DNA of 64,000 nt, from positions 61,609 to 125,608 of IMG/VR virus record IMGVR_UViG_3300033069_001940; one strand, written 5' to 3'. Numbering within the stretch: the stretch's first letter is position 1; every line of letters begins with the position of its first letter. The translations under genes and the position numbers were made by a program. This DNA is from a virus. Lineage: Duplodnaviria > Caudoviricetes. Of this stretch, positions 46,533 to 57,124 are shown one piece after another. Below the pieces are notes generated by a model. It ran no database searches. It saw only the letters and a program-made list of their open reading frames with translations, and was not told the origin of the DNA.

Positions 46533-46939
46533 TGCTTAGAATAATAGAAGCTAATGAAAATCCAGTAACGTATCATGTTGATAAAAATGCCACTTTTAAT
46601 CCAGGCAATATAGCTATGTTAAAATTAACAAAAGACTGCTTGGTAGCAACTGTTTCTGACGGACTTTATCCGATAGGTGTTATTGATGATATTAAAAATG
46701 ATGAAATAGATACGACAGAGGTTTCCGGACGCATTGTTATTTGGAATAAAAAATTTACTGGTGCGATTGATTGTTTTGAAAAAGATCAAGCTTATCGTTC
46801 CGGAGATAAATTATATGTTTCTCCAAACTCCGAGTTAACAACCAAAAAATACACAAATTTTTCCCCTTGTGTCGGGGAGGTTGTAAGTTTAGTTTCTACT
46901 AACTGCTTAGAATTTATTTGGTACGGTGATAAATCATGA
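46532..46939 (+). CDS. Hypothetical beta-rich protein, possibly capsid-decoration-like
   Basis: F.PG.IA.L, SDG..PIGVIDD, SGRI.IW, LYVS....LTT. Confidence 0.45.
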   Translation: MLRIIEANENPVTYHVDKNATFNPGNIAMLKLTKDCLVATVSDGLYPIGVIDDIKNDEIDTTEVSGRIVIWNKKFTGAIDCFEKDQAYRSGDKLYVSPNSELTTKKYTNFSPCVGEVVSLVSTNCLEFIWYGDKS

Positions 46940-48393
46940 GCTCAAATTTAGAAAAAAAATTAGATTTTTGGATTAAAAACAATTACAATGTTTTGTTTGT
47001 TGGTAAGGCGGGCGCCGGCAAAACTAGCATGATTAAAGAGGCTTTTACCAAAGCTTTTGGAGATAAATGGAAATATTTTTCAGCATCCACAATGGATCCA
47101 TGGGTTGATTTCGTCGGCGTTCCTAAGGAACGAGAAGATGAGAAAGGTCCATATTTAGATTTAATTCGCCCCAAAGAGTTTAGAGATGATGAAATCGAAG
47201 GATTGGTCTTTGATGAATATAATCGCGGATCAAAAAAAGTGAAAAACGCGGTAATGGAATTAATTCAATTTAAATCTATTAATGGAAGAAAGTTTAACAA
47301 CTTAAAAGTAGTGTGGGCTGCTGTTAATCCGGACGATGATGAAGATCAAAAATATGACGTTGAGCCAATCGACCCGGCTCAATTAGACAGATTTCATATT
47401 AAATGTGCGGTTCCTTATGAGCCCTACCTTCCCTATTTTAAAAATAAATTTGGCGCAGATATAGCTAAAGCAGCTATAAGCTGGTGGAAAGATTTAGATT
47501 CAAAACAGAAGAATTCAGTTTCTCCTCGGAGATTAGACTATGCCCTTGATTCATATTCTAATGGAGGAGATCTTAGAGATGTTTTGCCGTCCAGTACAAA
47601 TATTAGTAAATTAATAATGGAATTATCTTCTGGACCTATTTCCGAAAAAATTAAATCAATTTTTGATTCTAAAAATAAAGAAGAGGCAGAAAAGTTTTTA
47701 ATTAACGAAAATAATTATACTTCATCAATAAATAAGATTATTTCAAATAAAGAATATTTAAGATTCTTTTTACCATTAGTTAGCGATGAGAAATTATTAT
47801 CATTAATGAGTGATAATAATGTTCAAAAAGATATATTAGCAAATATTTCTGATTATTACGCTAAACTTTATCCTATTATTAAAAATATTCAATCTTCTAG
47901 GATAAAAAAGAATTTTGTTAAAAATTTGTTAAAAGAGTTAACCAATCATCACAAAAAAATAAATCCAGTTAATAAAACTATAGCCACTGGAGCCGTAAAT
48001 CCTACATCTCCAGCAGATATTAAAATTTATTATAATCCAGCATCTTCTTTGTATGATTTTAAGAATGAGATTTTATCTTGGAGAGTTCCTAGTCGCAATA
48101 CCGCACAAAGATATAAAAATTATAATAGTTTAGAAACTAATATTTGTAGTGATATTGGTTTAATTGAAATAATGGATTCATTTAAAATGATAGCAGATTT
48201 AATTGCTGCTTCGCAGGCAAATTATTCTTTAAAAACTAAGTTTAATAAACTTGGACAAATTATTAATTTTTTGATTCAAAAATCTGATGAATTAGGCGTT
48301 AATGGAATTGAAATGTTAAAGAAACATATTCCGTCTTATAACAACTCAAAATTATTATCTTTAAAAGATTTTGCGTATTACGATAAATTATGA
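46936..48393 (+). CDS. MoxR-like AAA+ ATPase
   Basis: GKAGAGKT, VFDEYNR, AAVNP, DPAQLDRF, SPR. Confidence 0.88.
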   Translation: MSSNLEKKLDFWIKNNYNVLFVGKAGAGKTSMIKEAFTKAFGDKWKYFSASTMDPWVDFVGVPKEREDEKGPYLDLIRPKEFRDDEIEGLVFDEYNRGSKKVKNAVMELIQFKSINGRKFNNLKVVWAAVNPDDDEDQKYDVEPIDPAQLDRFHIKCAVPYEPYLPYFKNKFGADIAKAAISWWKDLDSKQKNSVSPRRLDYALDSYSNGGDLRDVLPSSTNISKLIMELSSGPISEKIKSIFDSKNKEEAEKFLINENNYTSSINKIISNKEYLRFFLPLVSDEKLLSLMSDNNVQKDILANISDYYAKLYPIIKNIQSSRIKKNFVKNLLKELTNHHKKINPVNKTIATGAVNPTSPADIKIYYNPASSLYDFKNEILSWRVPSRNTAQRYKNYNSLETNICSDIGLIEIMDSFKMIADLIAASQANYSLKTKFNKLGQIINFLIQKSDELGVNGIEMLKKHIPSYNNSKLLSLKDFAYYDKL

Positions 48394-49622
48394 TATTTTC
48401 AGAAGAAGAATTTTTATCCTTATCTCAAGGATTAGAACAAAATCATTCTATTTTTTCACAAATGTGGAGGCTGGGTAAGCCTTTATTTTGTGAAGAAATT
48501 GAAACGGCTCAAGTAGTTTTTGATGAGACCGGAAAATGTATTAATTTTGAAATTAATTATAATTTCTGGAAAGATAAATCGTCAGCAGAAAAATCTTTTA
48601 TTATTAGTCATGAGTGCCTTCATGTTTTACTTAATCATGGCTCTAGGTTAGTAGAAATGGTTGATCAGCAGATTGCCGGAATAGCTGTTGATTTAGTTGT
48701 TAATCAAATGTTAATTACTAATTTTGGTTTTAATAAACAAGACGTAGACCCTAATAATCAATATTATTGGATTGATTCTATTTTCCCTCCAGAAATGCCT
48801 AAAAATAAATCGGCCGAATTTTATTATAAAGAATTAGAAGTTCTTATTAAGAATATGCCGCAGATTATTCAGGGAAATACTGTAGATAAACATAATCAGC
48901 TTCCAAATGTTTTTGATTTCTTAAATGAAGATGATCATTTATATCAAGCTATTAGCGGTTTATCAGGTCAAGAAAAAAATAGTTTAGCAAATTTAATCTC
49001 TCCGCATAACGCAGAAAACCAAAAAGCCGGCACAGGGGTTGGTGGATTATTAAAAATCCTTAATATACCAATTGTTCAGAAAAAAAGAAAATGGGAAACG
49101 GTTATTAAAAATTGGGCCAAATCTGCAATTAAATTTAAAGAAGAAGATCAATGGGTAATGACCAATCGAAGATATGTTATGCTATCCAAAGATTTAATTT
49201 TACCCTCAGAAGCAGAATTAGAATTTTCTGAAAAAGATAGAATTCAAGTATGGTTTTTTCAAGACACTTCCGGTTCTTGTTACCATTTAGCTGAACGCTT
49301 CTTTAAAGCAGCTTTATCTTTACCAGAAGATAAATTTGATGTACGTGGTTTTTGTTTTGATACCAGAGTTTATCCGGTTGATTTAAAGAAGCATGAAATT
49401 AGGGGCGGCGGCGGAACAAGTTTTACTTGTATTGATCATTACATTAATAAAACTGTAGCAGAAGAAAATATTAAATATCCTACCTGTTTTATTATCACTG
49501 ATGGCATGGGTGATCACGTCTATCCGCCTAATCCAAAATGCTGGCATTGGTTTTTATCCTATAATTATACTGGATGTATTCCTAAAGAATCTTATATTTA
49601 TAATTTATCTAATTTTGAATAA
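48390..49622 (+). CDS. Metallopeptidase + VWA-like protein (DUF2201-type)
   Basis: HECLHVL..H, DTSGS MIDAS, FDT, GGGGTSF, ITDG. Confidence 0.88.
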   Translation: MIFSEEEFLSLSQGLEQNHSIFSQMWRLGKPLFCEEIETAQVVFDETGKCINFEINYNFWKDKSSAEKSFIISHECLHVLLNHGSRLVEMVDQQIAGIAVDLVVNQMLITNFGFNKQDVDPNNQYYWIDSIFPPEMPKNKSAEFYYKELEVLIKNMPQIIQGNTVDKHNQLPNVFDFLNEDDHLYQAISGLSGQEKNSLANLISPHNAENQKAGTGVGGLLKILNIPIVQKKRKWETVIKNWAKSAIKFKEEDQWVMTNRRYVMLSKDLILPSEAELEFSEKDRIQVWFFQDTSGSCYHLAERFFKAALSLPEDKFDVRGFCFDTRVYPVDLKKHEIRGGGGTSFTCIDHYINKTVAEENIKYPTCFIITDGMGDHVYPPNPKCWHWFLSYNYTGCIPKESYIYNLSNFE

Positions 49623-50001
49623 ACAAAAAAATAAAAATTTAATAAGTATAAAGGCTTATTTACCAGATTTACCTATTGAAGAGATAATTAAATCTTGTCA
49701 ATTGGAGTCATATTCTAATTGGAGATACTGGGTAGATCAATTAGGAAATGTTCTTTACGTTAATGACCAGAAAAAGTTTTTTATTTCTCTAAATAAAGAA
49801 AGCATTAATATTACCGATATCTACCTACTATCTCCAATAGAGTTTTTAAAATCTATTAGCTTGAAAAATTTTATCAATGATGTAAAATTTTATTCTTTTG
49901 ATTCTAAAAATATTCTTAGGATTAGAGAAATGGAAAACAATAAAAATATTATGCCTTTAGAGCTAGGTGTAAAAGAATTATTTTCTTTGTTTAATCCATA
50001 A
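49615..50001 (+). CDS. Hypothetical protein (probable TTG start)
   Basis: Open frame between VWA gene and next gene. Confidence 0.5.
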   Translation: MNKQKNKNLISIKAYLPDLPIEEIIKSCQLESYSNWRYWVDQLGNVLYVNDQKKFFISLNKESINITDIYLLSPIEFLKSISLKNFINDVKFYSFDSKNILRIREMENNKNIMPLELGVKELFSLFNP

Positions 50002-50015
50002 TTTATTATTTGGTT

Positions 50016-50771
50016 ATGGAAAAAGACGTAATTATAACTTGTTTCGCTTGCAGTGCTCAGGCTCCGTGTAAAGATTTTGCTAAAAAATATTTTACAGATG
50101 AGCCTATAATAATTAATGTGCCGGGAGGTAGTGGGTCTAGTTTTAGAGCTAAAGCTATTCAATGGGCTAAAACGGGTGACGCTTTCGCAGCAGCTTTAAA
50201 AGAAAACGGATATAAAGACGTTACTATTAAAAGAAGAGGTTTGGTCACATTTTCTGTCGGCTGGAGTTTTGCTGATGAGCTTTTTAAATTTCAAAATGAA
50301 ATTGATAAGCTAAATGCTTATATTCTTTTAGACGGCTGTCATACTTCCAATTTAGATAATTGGATTAATTTTGCAACAAAAGCGGCTAATGCTGAAGCTT
50401 GGATGACAATGGCTCATACGGCAATTATTCCTCCTAATTTCCCTAGCACTACTAGTACAAATACTAGTTTATTTAAGACGGCCTGTTCAAATAATGACGC
50501 CAATGAGCAAGCGCCAAAGATGGAAACTAATTTACCAGACTATATTCTTCAAGCGCAATTACCGCCCAATGGTATTGATATTTCGTTAGGGTCTTCGCCA
50601 GGCATGCAAGCGTCTAAAAAACATTGGGTTACAGACCCTTTGGTTTCAAGTATGAATCGAGGATACTTGACTAAATTAGGTTATTCTGGCAATAGGCCAA
50701 CTGATCATGTTTATGTGGCGTGGCATGTAGCTCCTCGATTATGGAATTTGTTAGGTGATTTTTGGGGTTAG
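50016..50771 (+). CDS. Alpha/beta-hydrolase-like protein
   Basis: TFSVG nucleophile-elbow-like motif, LLDG, late DH; upstream late-type motif. Confidence 0.5.
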   Translation: MEKDVIITCFACSAQAPCKDFAKKYFTDEPIIINVPGGSGSSFRAKAIQWAKTGDAFAAALKENGYKDVTIKRRGLVTFSVGWSFADELFKFQNEIDKLNAYILLDGCHTSNLDNWINFATKAANAEAWMTMAHTAIIPPNFPSTTSTNTSLFKTACSNNDANEQAPKMETNLPDYILQAQLPPNGIDISLGSSPGMQASKKHWVTDPLVSSMNRGYLTKLGYSGNRPTDHVYVAWHVAPRLWNLLGDFWG

Positions 50772-51493
50772 ACTTTTAATGAAACTAATTGTTTTACAGC
50801 CTCCTCAATATAAGCTAAATCTAAACCAATAGCGTCAATTTTTTCTTTAGTTATGTTATAATGATTTAATAATCCGAAATAATTTTCTAGATTGTTTATG
50901 GCTGTTTTAATATATCCATTTTCATTTTTAGGAAACTCTGGTTTAATTTTTGGAAAAGCGTGACAAAAAGCTCCCAAAAGTAAAATTAAACTTGCAACTT
51001 GAGCTTTGGTTGGCTGAAAGCATTTTAATTTTTGTCCATGAATAATATCTGTGGTTGTTTCATGATGACAGGCGTTATTACTTTTAACTTTTAAATCAGA
51101 ATATAGATCTTCATTTTTCCAAGCTTCGGGGTGGTAACAAATTTCAACACCGGGGCCTAAATTATTAAAAGGTTTTTGAGACCAACCTCCATCTTTAACA
51201 TCTAGGCATTGGTAAATGGTAGCTAATCCATCACTATCACAATCATCATCAATCATAAAATTGACGCTAAGCCCTCTAGCGATTAAACCTGTATATGTCT
51301 CTTTGGCGGTATAAGTAACAGAGTGATGAATTACAAAATGTTGAATTCTATTTTGTAGTTCATCAAAATTATCTTGATGCGGATTAAATCTTTGTTCTTT
51401 CTTGTAAAAAGAATATCCATTTTGATCTAGATAGGTTACAACAGGGCAGCCAACTGTAAATTCTTTTCCAGCAATGATAATAGATCTATTCAT
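50768..51493 (-). CDS. N-acetylmuramoyl-L-alanine amidase (Amidase_2)
   Basis: VIHHS, SVNFMID, GVEI, AQ..SL..L, H.....KID; start MNRSII supported by upstream motif. Confidence 0.82.
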   Translation of the reverse strand: MNRSIIIAGKEFTVGCPVVTYLDQNGYSFYKKEQRFNPHQDNFDELQNRIQHFVIHHSVTYTAKETYTGLIARGLSVNFMIDDDCDSDGLATIYQCLDVKDGGWSQKPFNNLGPGVEICYHPEAWKNEDLYSDLKVKSNNACHHETTTDIIHGQKLKCFQPTKAQVASLILLLGAFCHAFPKIKPEFPKNENGYIKTAINNLENYFGLLNHYNITKEKIDAIGLDLAYIEEAVKQLVSLKV

Positions 51494-51522
51494 AACTATA
51501 ATCCATATTATGGCATGCAATT

Positions 51523-51999
51523 ATGCAGATTCAAATTGGCGATGAATTAAAATTAATCTATCTTAAAAGGTCTCAATATCAATTCAAAGTTTGTTGGGAT
51601 TTGCCGGAACAACAAAATAGAATAACTTTGCCTGACGAAGATCATCCTTTGGTGGTCGTAGTTGGCTGGCAAGAATGTTATTATTCTAGATCCACTAAAG
51701 AAATTGTAATAGCAGTTAAACCACTTTTATCTAGGTTTAAATGTGAAAAAGGTTATGATTGGGAGGCTATTTTTGTTCAAAATAGTTTGAAAAATTTAGA
51801 ACATTTAGATAGAATATTAGGAGAAAAATTATCAGATGATGGGTATTGGTTTGAATTCATTTTAGATGAATGTATTGAAAGCATTACTCCTAGAAAAGAA
51901 TTAACTTGTAAATTTTGTTCGAGAATAGTTAAACCTACAGATGAGGGTATCTGTTATGATTGTTGGAGAGATGACCATTTTAGAAAGTTAGGAATTTAA
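51523..51999 (+). CDS. Hypothetical protein with C-terminal CxxC..CxxC
   Basis: 158-aa ORF. Confidence 0.65.
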   Translation: MQIQIGDELKLIYLKRSQYQFKVCWDLPEQQNRITLPDEDHPLVVVVGWQECYYSRSTKEIVIAVKPLLSRFKCEKGYDWEAIFVQNSLKNLEHLDRILGEKLSDDGYWFEFILDECIESITPRKELTCKFCSRIVKPTDEGICYDCWRDDHFRKLGI

Positions 52000-52089
52000 G
52001 ATGGATCTATTATTGAAAATATTTATATTTACAACCAATATTATTAATTCTTATAAAATAAGAAAAAAATGGAAGCCATGATTAGTTTC

Positions 52090-52118
52090 TTGACACAAAG
52101 TTTCCAAGCGTTTAGGAT
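52090..52118 (+). promoter_or_regulatory. Sigma70-like promoter, probably leaderless transcript
   Basis: TTGACA-N17-TAGGAT, ATG 6 nt after the -10 box. Confidence 0.7.
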
Positions 52119-52124
52119 AGTCTT

Positions 52125-53174
52125 ATGAAAAAACTAGACACGGATTGGATTGTTAAGGCTTCTGGACAACCGAATAAAGACGATCTATTAAATGACAATT
52201 ACCCCACTGGAGGTGGACATTTAAAAATATTCCAACATCAACATATTGTCATGATTATGGGTTTAATGGCTAGTGGCAAATCCTCGATGTCAAAATTCTA
52301 TATCGATCAAGGATATGTTTGGATTAATAGAGACGCTTTAGGTGGCACTATTAAGGGTTTAGAAAAATATGTTAGAGCGGCTTTGAAAGAAAAGAAATCA
52401 GTTGTATTAGATAATACTTTTCCAACCAAAAAGTCTAGAGAACTTTTTGTTAATTTAGCTAAAGAATATAATATTCCTATTGATTGTATTCATTTAAATA
52501 CATCTTTAAATGATGCTGAAAGAAATTACTGTCACAGAATGTTGTCAATAACTGGCAAAGCTCTTTCTTATGAAGAGATGAAAAAACTTAAACATCCAAA
52601 TGTTTTTGACCCATATGTTCTGACTAATTATCTAAAAAATCTAGAACTACCTTCTTTGGAAGAAGGTTTTTCTACCGTCAGAACAATGTCATTCGTTAGA
52701 AAAATTGATCCGGAGTATAAAAATAAGGCAATAATCTTTGATTATGACGGTACTTTAAGAATTACAAATAATGGCGGAATGTATCCAACCGATCCTTCTC
52801 ATGTAGGAATTCTTCCAGGTAGAAAAGAAAAACTTCAAGAGTTAAAGGAAGATGGATACATTTTATTAGGCATTAGCAATCAGTCTGGTATTGCTACTTG
52901 GAAATTAACAATGGAGCAGGCAAAGGCTTGTTTTGATAAAACTAATGAATTATTAGGGCAAAAGATTGATTATCTATTTTGCCCTCACCCTTCTTGGCCC
53001 ATTAAATGTTGGTGCCGTAAGCCGCATCTATTTAATGCCGTTCAATTTATTGAGAAGTATAAATTAGATGTTTCTCAAACATTTTTTGTTGGCGATTATA
53101 AAACCGATCAAGAAATGGCGGAAAAGATTGGTTTTAAATATTACGATCAAAAAGATTTTTTTAAGGAGATTTAA
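52125..53174 (+). CDS. Polynucleotide kinase/3'-phosphatase (P-loop kinase + HAD)
   Basis: GLMASGKS, INRD, VLDNT...R; FDYDGTL, SNQSG, CRKP, VGD..TD. Confidence 0.88.
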   Translation: MKKLDTDWIVKASGQPNKDDLLNDNYPTGGGHLKIFQHQHIVMIMGLMASGKSSMSKFYIDQGYVWINRDALGGTIKGLEKYVRAALKEKKSVVLDNTFPTKKSRELFVNLAKEYNIPIDCIHLNTSLNDAERNYCHRMLSITGKALSYEEMKKLKHPNVFDPYVLTNYLKNLELPSLEEGFSTVRTMSFVRKIDPEYKNKAIIFDYDGTLRITNNGGMYPTDPSHVGILPGRKEKLQELKEDGYILLGISNQSGIATWKLTMEQAKACFDKTNELLGQKIDYLFCPHPSWPIKCWCRKPHLFNAVQFIEKYKLDVSQTFFVGDYKTDQEMAEKIGFKYYDQKDFFKEI

Positions 53175-53366
53175 AAATGCCAGAAGGTCCAGAAGTTTTT
53201 CTAGCCAGGGACTTCCTACAAAAATTTGTCGGGAAAAAGATAGTTAATGCTAAAACATTAAAAAATTCTCGTTATGGAGAAAAGGATTTTGATTTAAAAA
53301 ATTTAGTTATCAAGAGTATTAAATGCAAAGGGAAGTTTATGTTTTGGGGTTTCGAAAATTGTATTG

Positions 53367-53463
53367 GTGAACGCTCTCTCGCCTAAAGGCGAGAGCTTCT
53401 CGATTTATCAAAGGATACGTTCCTATCCTTCCTTGGATTGCAAGCGATAGCTTGCAATCCAAG
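53367..53463 (-). ncRNA. Predicted TnpB reRNA (omegaRNA) scaffold, 3' part
   Basis: Three hairpins, including a perfect 14-bp CTTGGATTGCAAGC/GCTTGCAATCCAAG stem; overlaps tnpB 3' end as known for reRNAs; 5' limit unknown. Confidence 0.7.
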
Positions 53464-54534
53464 ATTAAGTATATTAAGACTAGCGTTATAATCTCGATCT
53501 ATATTTAAATTGCATTTGTTGCAAATATAAATCCGATCAGATAAAGTTAAATCTTCTTTGATATTTTTGCAACAATAACACATCTTTGATGTGTTCTTGG
53601 GCGGAACTTTAATATGCGTCTTATCAGCGTATTCTGCTTTATAAGATAACATTTCATTAAACTTTCCAAATGACACGTCATGCATATGACGTCTCATTGC
53701 TCGGCCTTTATGATTATCTTTTGATACCATCGATTTTACGTCTAAATCTTCCGTAATAATTACGTCGTATTCTTTGATTAATTTAGTCGTAATTTTATGT
53801 AAAAAATCGTTTCTACAGTTTAAAATCTTATGATTTAAACGAGACAATCGATGTTTATTTCCGTTAGAAGGTTTCTTTTGAAATCTTCGACTTAATTTAG
53901 CTAATTTTTCAAGATGTTTATTTAAAAACTTGGGGGAGGCTATCGCCTCCCCATCGCTTGTAGAAATGAAAGTTTTAACTCCTAAATCTATTCCGACTGT
54001 TTTATTAGTTTTTTGAAGCGGTTGCTTTTCGACTTCTGTCGAAAAGCATACATACCAATGATTCAAATTATCTTTAGTAATCGTACAAGTTTTAATTTTA
54101 CCAATGATTTCTCGATGTTGTAATATTTTGATTGCACCTATCTTTGATAGGTGCAATCTATTACCAACAATTTTAAATCCAGACTGAGTATATGTAAAAC
54201 TATTGTATCGATCTTTGCCGAGAAACCTGGGAAAGCCAGGTTTCTCGCCTGACTTAACACGACGAAAGAAACTACTATAAGATTTATCAAGGCGTTTTAA
54301 TACATCTTGAAGAATTTGTGAATATATTTCGCCATACTCAGAGAAATCTTCTTTCAATTCTGAAAGAAGATTTGCTTGATCGACGTAGGTACGAGACTTA
54401 TGATAGCGTTTATAGTAAGACTTTCTCTCTTCTAGAGAAGCGTTGTATAAATTTCTGCACAAATCAATTGTCTTCAAGAGCTTTTGCTCTTGAAGACAAT
54501 TCGGATACAGTCGAAATTTATACGTTTTTATCAC
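53383..54534 (-). CDS. tnpB: RNA-guided endonuclease TnpB
   Basis: Probable GTG start; YKFRLYP, GIDLG, EDL, TSKMCYCC..CNKC, DRDYNASLNI; RuvC D-E-D intact. Confidence 0.95.
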   Translation of the reverse strand: MIKTYKFRLYPNCLQEQKLLKTIDLCRNLYNASLEERKSYYKRYHKSRTYVDQANLLSELKEDFSEYGEIYSQILQDVLKRLDKSYSSFFRRVKSGEKPGFPRFLGKDRYNSFTYTQSGFKIVGNRLHLSKIGAIKILQHREIIGKIKTCTITKDNLNHWYVCFSTEVEKQPLQKTNKTVGIDLGVKTFISTSDGEAIASPKFLNKHLEKLAKLSRRFQKKPSNGNKHRLSRLNHKILNCRNDFLHKITTKLIKEYDVIITEDLDVKSMVSKDNHKGRAMRRHMHDVSFGKFNEMLSYKAEYADKTHIKVPPKNTSKMCYCCKNIKEDLTLSDRIYICNKCNLNIDRDYNASLNILNLGLQAIACNPRKDRNVSFDKSRSSRL

Positions 54535-55188
54535 GAAATTATACGAGAATATACATATGATTAACAAAAATAATTCAATATTTGCAAGAAGGATAAATTT
54601 TTATCATGCACTTTCGGAATGACTGGTCAATGGTCGGAAACCAATAATGGGCACGGCTGTCTCGAAATGTCTTTTGAAGACGGCTCCGTTCTTTATTATA
54701 ATGATATTAGACATTTTGGAACATTAAAAATAATTACCAATCAAGAACTTCAAAAGAAATTATCTAGTTTGGGTTGGAATCCATTAATGACATTACATAC
54801 ATCTTATCTAAATTTTCTTAGATCGAAGCTAAAATCTGAAAAACAAATTGGAGAATTATTATTAGATCAATCTATTTTCTGCGGAGTAGGTAATTATATT
54901 CGAGCAGAGGCTTTGTTTCAAGCAAAAATTAATCCATTTACTTCTGCTAAAAATTTAACTAATAAACAAATAGATGTTCTTTGTGAAGCCGTTAGGGATG
55001 TAATGATTAAATCTTATCATCTGCAAGGAGCTTCATTTTTAACTCATAAAACTTCTACCGGAGAAAAAGGCAATTATTCTAATTTTTTTCAAGTTTATGG
55101 TCAAACCAAAACGCCTCAACATTTAAATGTTGAAAAAAGGTCGTGTGGTGGCAGAAGTATTTTCTGGTGCCCAGAAGTGCAAGGTTAA

Positions 55189-56569
55189 AATGAAATTTAT
55201 CAATGATAATAATGAAGGAATCTGGGTATTACAATCAGATTTGGGATGGAAATTTTCAACAGAAAAGGAAATAGAACTTCCAAAAATAATTTTGCATGGT
55301 ACTTCTGAATTTCTAGCATCTGAAATCGAAGATATTCGAGAAACCGCTCCAATTAAATCCGGTTTTATAACCGGACTGCTTTCAGGCAGTAAATTTTTAT
55401 GTGATGTTATTTCTATTGATAATGATGTTGTATCCGTTATTTTTAGTTTACTAGTATTTACCCGCACTGTTGCTGAAAAGCAATTGCATTTAAAAGATCT
55501 TGTTTTCCATAAAATGGAAATAGCAAAAAATGACCCAATTCTTAGAATGACAGAGCGGGCCAAAAAAGATATACAAAATCAATGCGATGAAGAGCTTTTT
55601 GGTGAAATACGAGGAAAAAATTGAATTATACGGCTGAAGAAATAATTGATTACTTAATAAATTATTCCCATACAAAAGATTGCGCTACAAAAGCTATTCC
55701 TATTGCTAATTGTGGCTGCTTACGTGAAGCAGCTCTTAAGTATAAATTAAATGAATTAAAATCATCATTACTTGTTCTTACGCAAAAAATAAATAGAAGA
55801 AAAACTCATTTTACTGGATATTTTTGTGGAACAAAAAATAGATTTTATGAAACATTAAATTTTAATGACGTTACTTGTTCTCATTGTTTAAAAGGAATTG
55901 CTAGAAAACCCGCTTTAATTGTTCCAATTGTAGCCGACCCAGCTTAAATCAGATCTAAGTGTTTAAAATTCTTAGCATAATTGAATATCCTGATGAAGGA
56001 GACATCTATGGCTAAATATGAAGAAGTAGAAGCTGAATTAAACCAAGAAGTTATTCATGATTACATCAATCAACTTAAGGAAGCCATTGATTTAGTCTCG
56101 GATAAGCATAATGCTGATACTAGTCTAGAGTTATTAACTGTTTTACTGTCTTTTGCGGCACAAGTAGGTCAAGAAATTCAAATTGAAGATAAAAGTTATT
56201 TTTCTCTTGCAAAAGAGTTTTTTAATGATGCCGCAAAAAATAATGAAAAATACGAAGAAGACAAAGAAGAATTGATCAATACGTTTTCAAAAAACGACAA
56301 AAAACAATTAAATTAAAATGAAATATAAAGAAGCCAAACAACTTTTGAGAAGTTATTATAGATATTATTATTTAATTACAAACAATGCAGATGATCTTTT
56401 AATAGATTTTGAAAAAAATATTTTAAAATCTAAAATTAATAATTTAAATAAAAATGACCAAATTAAAATTTTAGAACAAGTTGAGGTTTATATAAAAAAT
56501 CAAAATCTTTTGCAAGAAATTGCAGATGAAGCTTTTGAAAAGCAATTAAAAATTAACAATAACTACTAA
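55189..56569 (+). other. Four hypothetical genes (55189-55624, 55621-55947, 56008-56316, 56318-56569)
   Basis: ORF track, tight packing. Confidence 0.6.
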
Positions 56570-56586
56570 TAATTCGGCCTTTAAGC

Positions 56587-57123
56587 ATGAATAGAAGTAT
56601 CATCTTAGAGGCCGCAATTGCATTTGAGGAAGCAATCAACAAAACCGCCGGAAAATCAAAGGTTTCCCGGAATGGTATTTCAAAGAATATTGAAAAATCC
56701 AAAAAAACTTATAAAAATTTAAAATCTAAATTAGATCTTTTAGAAAAAGAAGATGCTAAAAGACAAAAAGAACTGAATGAATTACGCTCACAAGTGGCTT
56801 CATTAAAAAAGACAATTGGTAATTCGCATAAAGTTTTGCAAAATTTAGATGTAGCTAATGCTGATGATGCCGTATTTTATAATGATTCAGATGATGTTGG
56901 ATATATTATTGATGGCGGTGAATATCATTTAGAAGTCAAAGATGACGGGGAATTAGAACTTACTCCAATGAGACAGTGGCGTCGTTCTAAAAAGCTGGAA
57001 AAAGCTAGCGTTGAAGAAGAGGGCGAGAAAGAAAATGTTTCAGAGGACGAAGACACTTCAGAAGAAGAAAAAGACGACGATACAAATGAAGTAATAGATT
57101 TTCTTAATGCTTACGTAGGTTAA
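56587..57123 (+). CDS. Coiled-coil protein with acidic tail and N-terminal EAAIAFEEAINKTA peptide
   Basis: 178-aa ORF, TAATAAT 20 nt before ATG. Confidence 0.7.
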   Translation: MNRSIILEAAIAFEEAINKTAGKSKVSRNGISKNIEKSKKTYKNLKSKLDLLEKEDAKRQKELNELRSQVASLKKTIGNSHKVLQNLDVANADDAVFYNDSDDVGYIIDGGEYHLEVKDDGELELTPMRQWRRSKKLEKASVEEEGEKENVSEDEDTSEEEKDDDTNEVIDFLNAYVG

Positions 57124-57124
57124 C

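Larger units (their letters stand above)
53367..54592 (-). mobile_element. IS200/IS605-family tnpB-only (IS1341-like) element
   Basis: On - strand: TTTAT target motif, start CCTTC, end hairpin CTCTCGCC-TTTA-GGCGAGAG then TTCAC; no TSD; no tnpA. Confidence 0.93.
53177..55188 (+). pseudogene. mutM: Fpg/Nei DNA glycosylase interrupted by the tnpB element (53177-53366 + 54593-55188 = 261 aa)
   Basis: MPEGPEV, KGKF, FGMTG, D.RHFG, LLDQ....GVGNYIRAE; joining the flanks restores ...ENCIDKFLSCTFGMTG in frame. Confidence 0.92.

Noticed and set aside
16897-53430. Three GTGAAC-hairpin repeats as a CRISPR array
   Set aside because: Dispersed over 36 kb with no repeat-spacer periodicity; explained as IS ends
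53932-53952. GC-rich palindrome GGGGAGGC-TATC-GCCTCCCC inside tnpB
   Set aside because: Within coding sequence, single copy, no evidence of separate function
53367-54592. IStron (self-splicing intron + tnpB) rescuing fpg
   Set aside because: The element is antisense to fpg and has only about 60 nt before tnpB, leaving no room for a group I intron core
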